Shown here in pieces: positions 30,565 through 32,000 of a stretch of 32,000 bases of DNA. The DNA lies in assembly GCA_015256915.3 (NCBI GenBank), contig CP076101.2, forward strand, positions 450,001 through 482,000, written 5' to 3'. This DNA comes from Candidatus Saccharimonas sp. GTDB lineage: Bacteria > Patescibacteriota > Saccharimonadia > Saccharimonadales > Saccharimonadaceae. The notes beneath the pieces were generated by a model that saw nothing but the letters and a program-made list of their open reading frames with translations, ran no database searches and was not told the DNA's origin. Within the stretch, counting starts at the first letter, position 1, and each line of letters begins with the position of its first letter. The position numbers and the translations under genes were made by a program.

Positions 30565-31770
30565 ATGGATTACCAACAAAGAATTCCCCTTGCTGAAAAA
30601 ATGAGGCCAAAAAAGCTTGATGAAGTCGTTGGCCAATCTCACCTTATTGGTAAAAATGGAATTTTACGAAAAATAATTGAAAACAAAGAACCTATTAGCT
30701 TAATCTTTTGGGGGCCAGCTGGAACTGGCAAAACTACCCTTTCAAGAATTTTGGCGAATGAAGTCAATGCAGACTTTATTGAAATTTCAGCCGTCACTAG
30801 TGGCAAAAAAGATATCGAAAAGGTTATTGAACATGCTCGCCAAAACTGGAACCTAGGGACGCGAACAATTCTTTTCGTTGATGAAATTCACCGCTTCAAT
30901 AAATCGCAGCAAGATGCTTTTTTGCCGCATATTGAAAGCGGCTTAATAAATTTGATTGGGGCAACAACCGAGAATCCAGGATTCGAAATTATCACGCCGC
31001 TACTTTCAAGAAGTCGAGTCCTGTCGCTCAAGCCTTTAAATACTGAGGAGATTTCAAAAATCATTAAAAATGCACTTGAAAAAGTTTCGCCAAAAACAAA
31101 AATAGATCCAGAAGCACTCAAAATTCTCACTAAAATAAGTAGTGGCGATGCTCGAAATGCACTTGGAAATCTCGAGCTAATTTTAAATTTTGAAAAAAAT
31201 AACATTACACCGGAAGTTATTAAAAATTCAATCGAAAATCCAACCTTAATTTATGATAAAAATGGCGATTCTCATTATGACACAATATCAGCTTTTATTA
31301 AAAGTATGCGAGCCAGTGATGTTGATGCAACTGGCTACTATCTAGCTAAAATGCTAAACGCTGGCGAAGACCCAAAATATATCGCCCGCCGAATGATTAT
31401 TTTTGCAAGTGAGGATATTGGGCTAGCTGGAAATGGCGCCCTTAGTTTAGCAAATTCTGCTTTTGATGCGGTTGAAAAAATAGGAATGCCAGAAGCTAAA
31501 TATAATCTATTCCATGCTGCAATAGCTTTAGCAAAATCTAAAAAATCACGCGAAGCCACCGGAATTATGTATCAATCTTACAACTTAGCCCAAAAAGCTC
31601 CGAACGCCCCTATTCCTTTACACTTAAGAAATTCTACTTCTAAAATTACCGAGGAGCTAGGCTATAATAAGGGATACCAGTGGACGGCAGGTTTCAAGCA
31701 CCCAGAAGATAATCTGCCTAAAGAGGTTCGCGAGCTTATATCATTAGATAAGCAAAATAAAAAATCTTAG
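30565..31770 (+). CDS. rarA: Replication-associated recombination protein A (MgsA/RarA AAA+ ATPase)
   Basis: FWGPAGTGKTTLSRILA Walker A, ILFVDEIHRFNK Walker B, and a C-terminal MgsA domain (YYLAKML..GEDP.YIARRM). Confidence 0.93.
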   Translation: MDYQQRIPLAEKMRPKKLDEVVGQSHLIGKNGILRKIIENKEPISLIFWGPAGTGKTTLSRILANEVNADFIEISAVTSGKKDIEKVIEHARQNWNLGTRTILFVDEIHRFNKSQQDAFLPHIESGLINLIGATTENPGFEIITPLLSRSRVLSLKPLNTEEISKIIKNALEKVSPKTKIDPEALKILTKISSGDARNALGNLELILNFEKNNITPEVIKNSIENPTLIYDKNGDSHYDTISAFIKSMRASDVDATGYYLAKMLNAGEDPKYIARRMIIFASEDIGLAGNGALSLANSAFDAVEKIGMPEAKYNLFHAAIALAKSKKSREATGIMYQSYNLAQKAPNAPIPLHLRNSTSKITEELGYNKGYQWTAGFKHPEDNLPKEVRELISLDKQNKKS

Positions 31771-31807
31771 ATGGTGAATGGTCACCAGAAATTAAAGAAC
31801 TAACGAA

Positions 31808-32000
31808 ATGACATACAAAAGTAACAGATTAATATTGTTTCTGATATTCACTTTCTACATAATTATTCCGTTTTTATTACTAATTAATCCATTATTTTTT
31901 AAAAATAAATTCATAATTTTAACTATCAGCGGAATTTTAATTTATATTCTACTCAGATTATTAGGTTTCAATAACAGCTCCCTCGGCATCAAACCGGCAA
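31808..32000 (+). CDS. Partial membrane protein ORF (N-terminal 64 codons), runs off the right edge
   Basis: MTYKSNRLILFLIFTFYIIIPFLLLINPLFFKNKFIILTISGILIYILLRLLGFNNSSLGIKPA is hydrophobic and open to the window end. Function not assignable. Confidence 0.4.
   Translation, partial: MTYKSNRLILFLIFTFYIIIPFLLLINPLFFKNKFIILTISGILIYILLRLLGFNNSSLGIKPA

Noticed and set aside
10317-31559. Numerous 60-140-aa ORFs nested in or antisense to large genes. Examples: 11139-11435, 12935-13148, 13748-13942, 14777-14971, 15498-15749, 16288-16485, 17494-17822, 18112-18315, 18403-18636, 19375-19763, 22288-22596, 23016-23609, 24289-24474, 24996-25250, 25545-25763, 26269-26862, 29163-29369, 30888-31205 and 31338-31559.
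   Set aside because: Each overlaps a confidently identified conserved gene in another frame or strand and lacks its own expression signals. Their translations are low-complexity. They are treated as shadow ORFs.

Overview
AT-rich, gene-dense bacterial segment, almost entirely housekeeping and mostly on the minus strand. The 16S rRNA carries features I recall as typical of Saccharibacteria/TM7: the TM7 580F primer word ACTGGGCGTAAAGAGTTGC and U at E. coli position 912. I therefore read this as a small CPR/Patescibacteria-type genome using the standard genetic code.

Gene content on the minus strand, left to right in window coordinates: dnaE (runs off the left edge), a 5S-23S-tRNA-tRNA-16S rRNA locus, a 116-aa orphan, lysS, a GT35 alpha-glucan phosphorylase, rpsP, rimK with its retropepsin-like partner, a DUF1704/MATCAP-like metallopeptidase, rnc, a Nudix hydrolase, nusB, rpmF, leuS, a small P-loop protein, ligA, a polytopic membrane protein, htpX, lemA, tRNA-Leu, a small membrane ORF, tRNA-Cys and hisS. 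On the plus strand: rarA, a partial membrane ORF at the right edge, and several small single-gene orphan units.

The ORF track misses dnaE (no stop inside the window), rpmF (59 aa), a 38-aa ORF and the right-edge partial ORF. It also over-extends several N-termini into promoters or tRNA genes.

I see no CRISPR array, transposase, integrase, prophage or recognisable defence-gene island, so I cannot point to a convincing new multi-gene system. The signals most worth a second look are:
- a very strong over-representation of the palindrome TTTCGAAA, absent from the rRNA genes;
- an rRNA locus divided by consensus promoters and terminators into three apparent transcription units;
- an Ala-type tRNA with an aberrant, UGU-containing anticodon arm;
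- a RimK / retropepsin-like / MATCAP-like module;
- widespread leaderless promoter-to-ATG geometry;
- tRNA-punctuated mRNAs.

All coordinates, counts and motif calls were made by eye and need computational confirmation.
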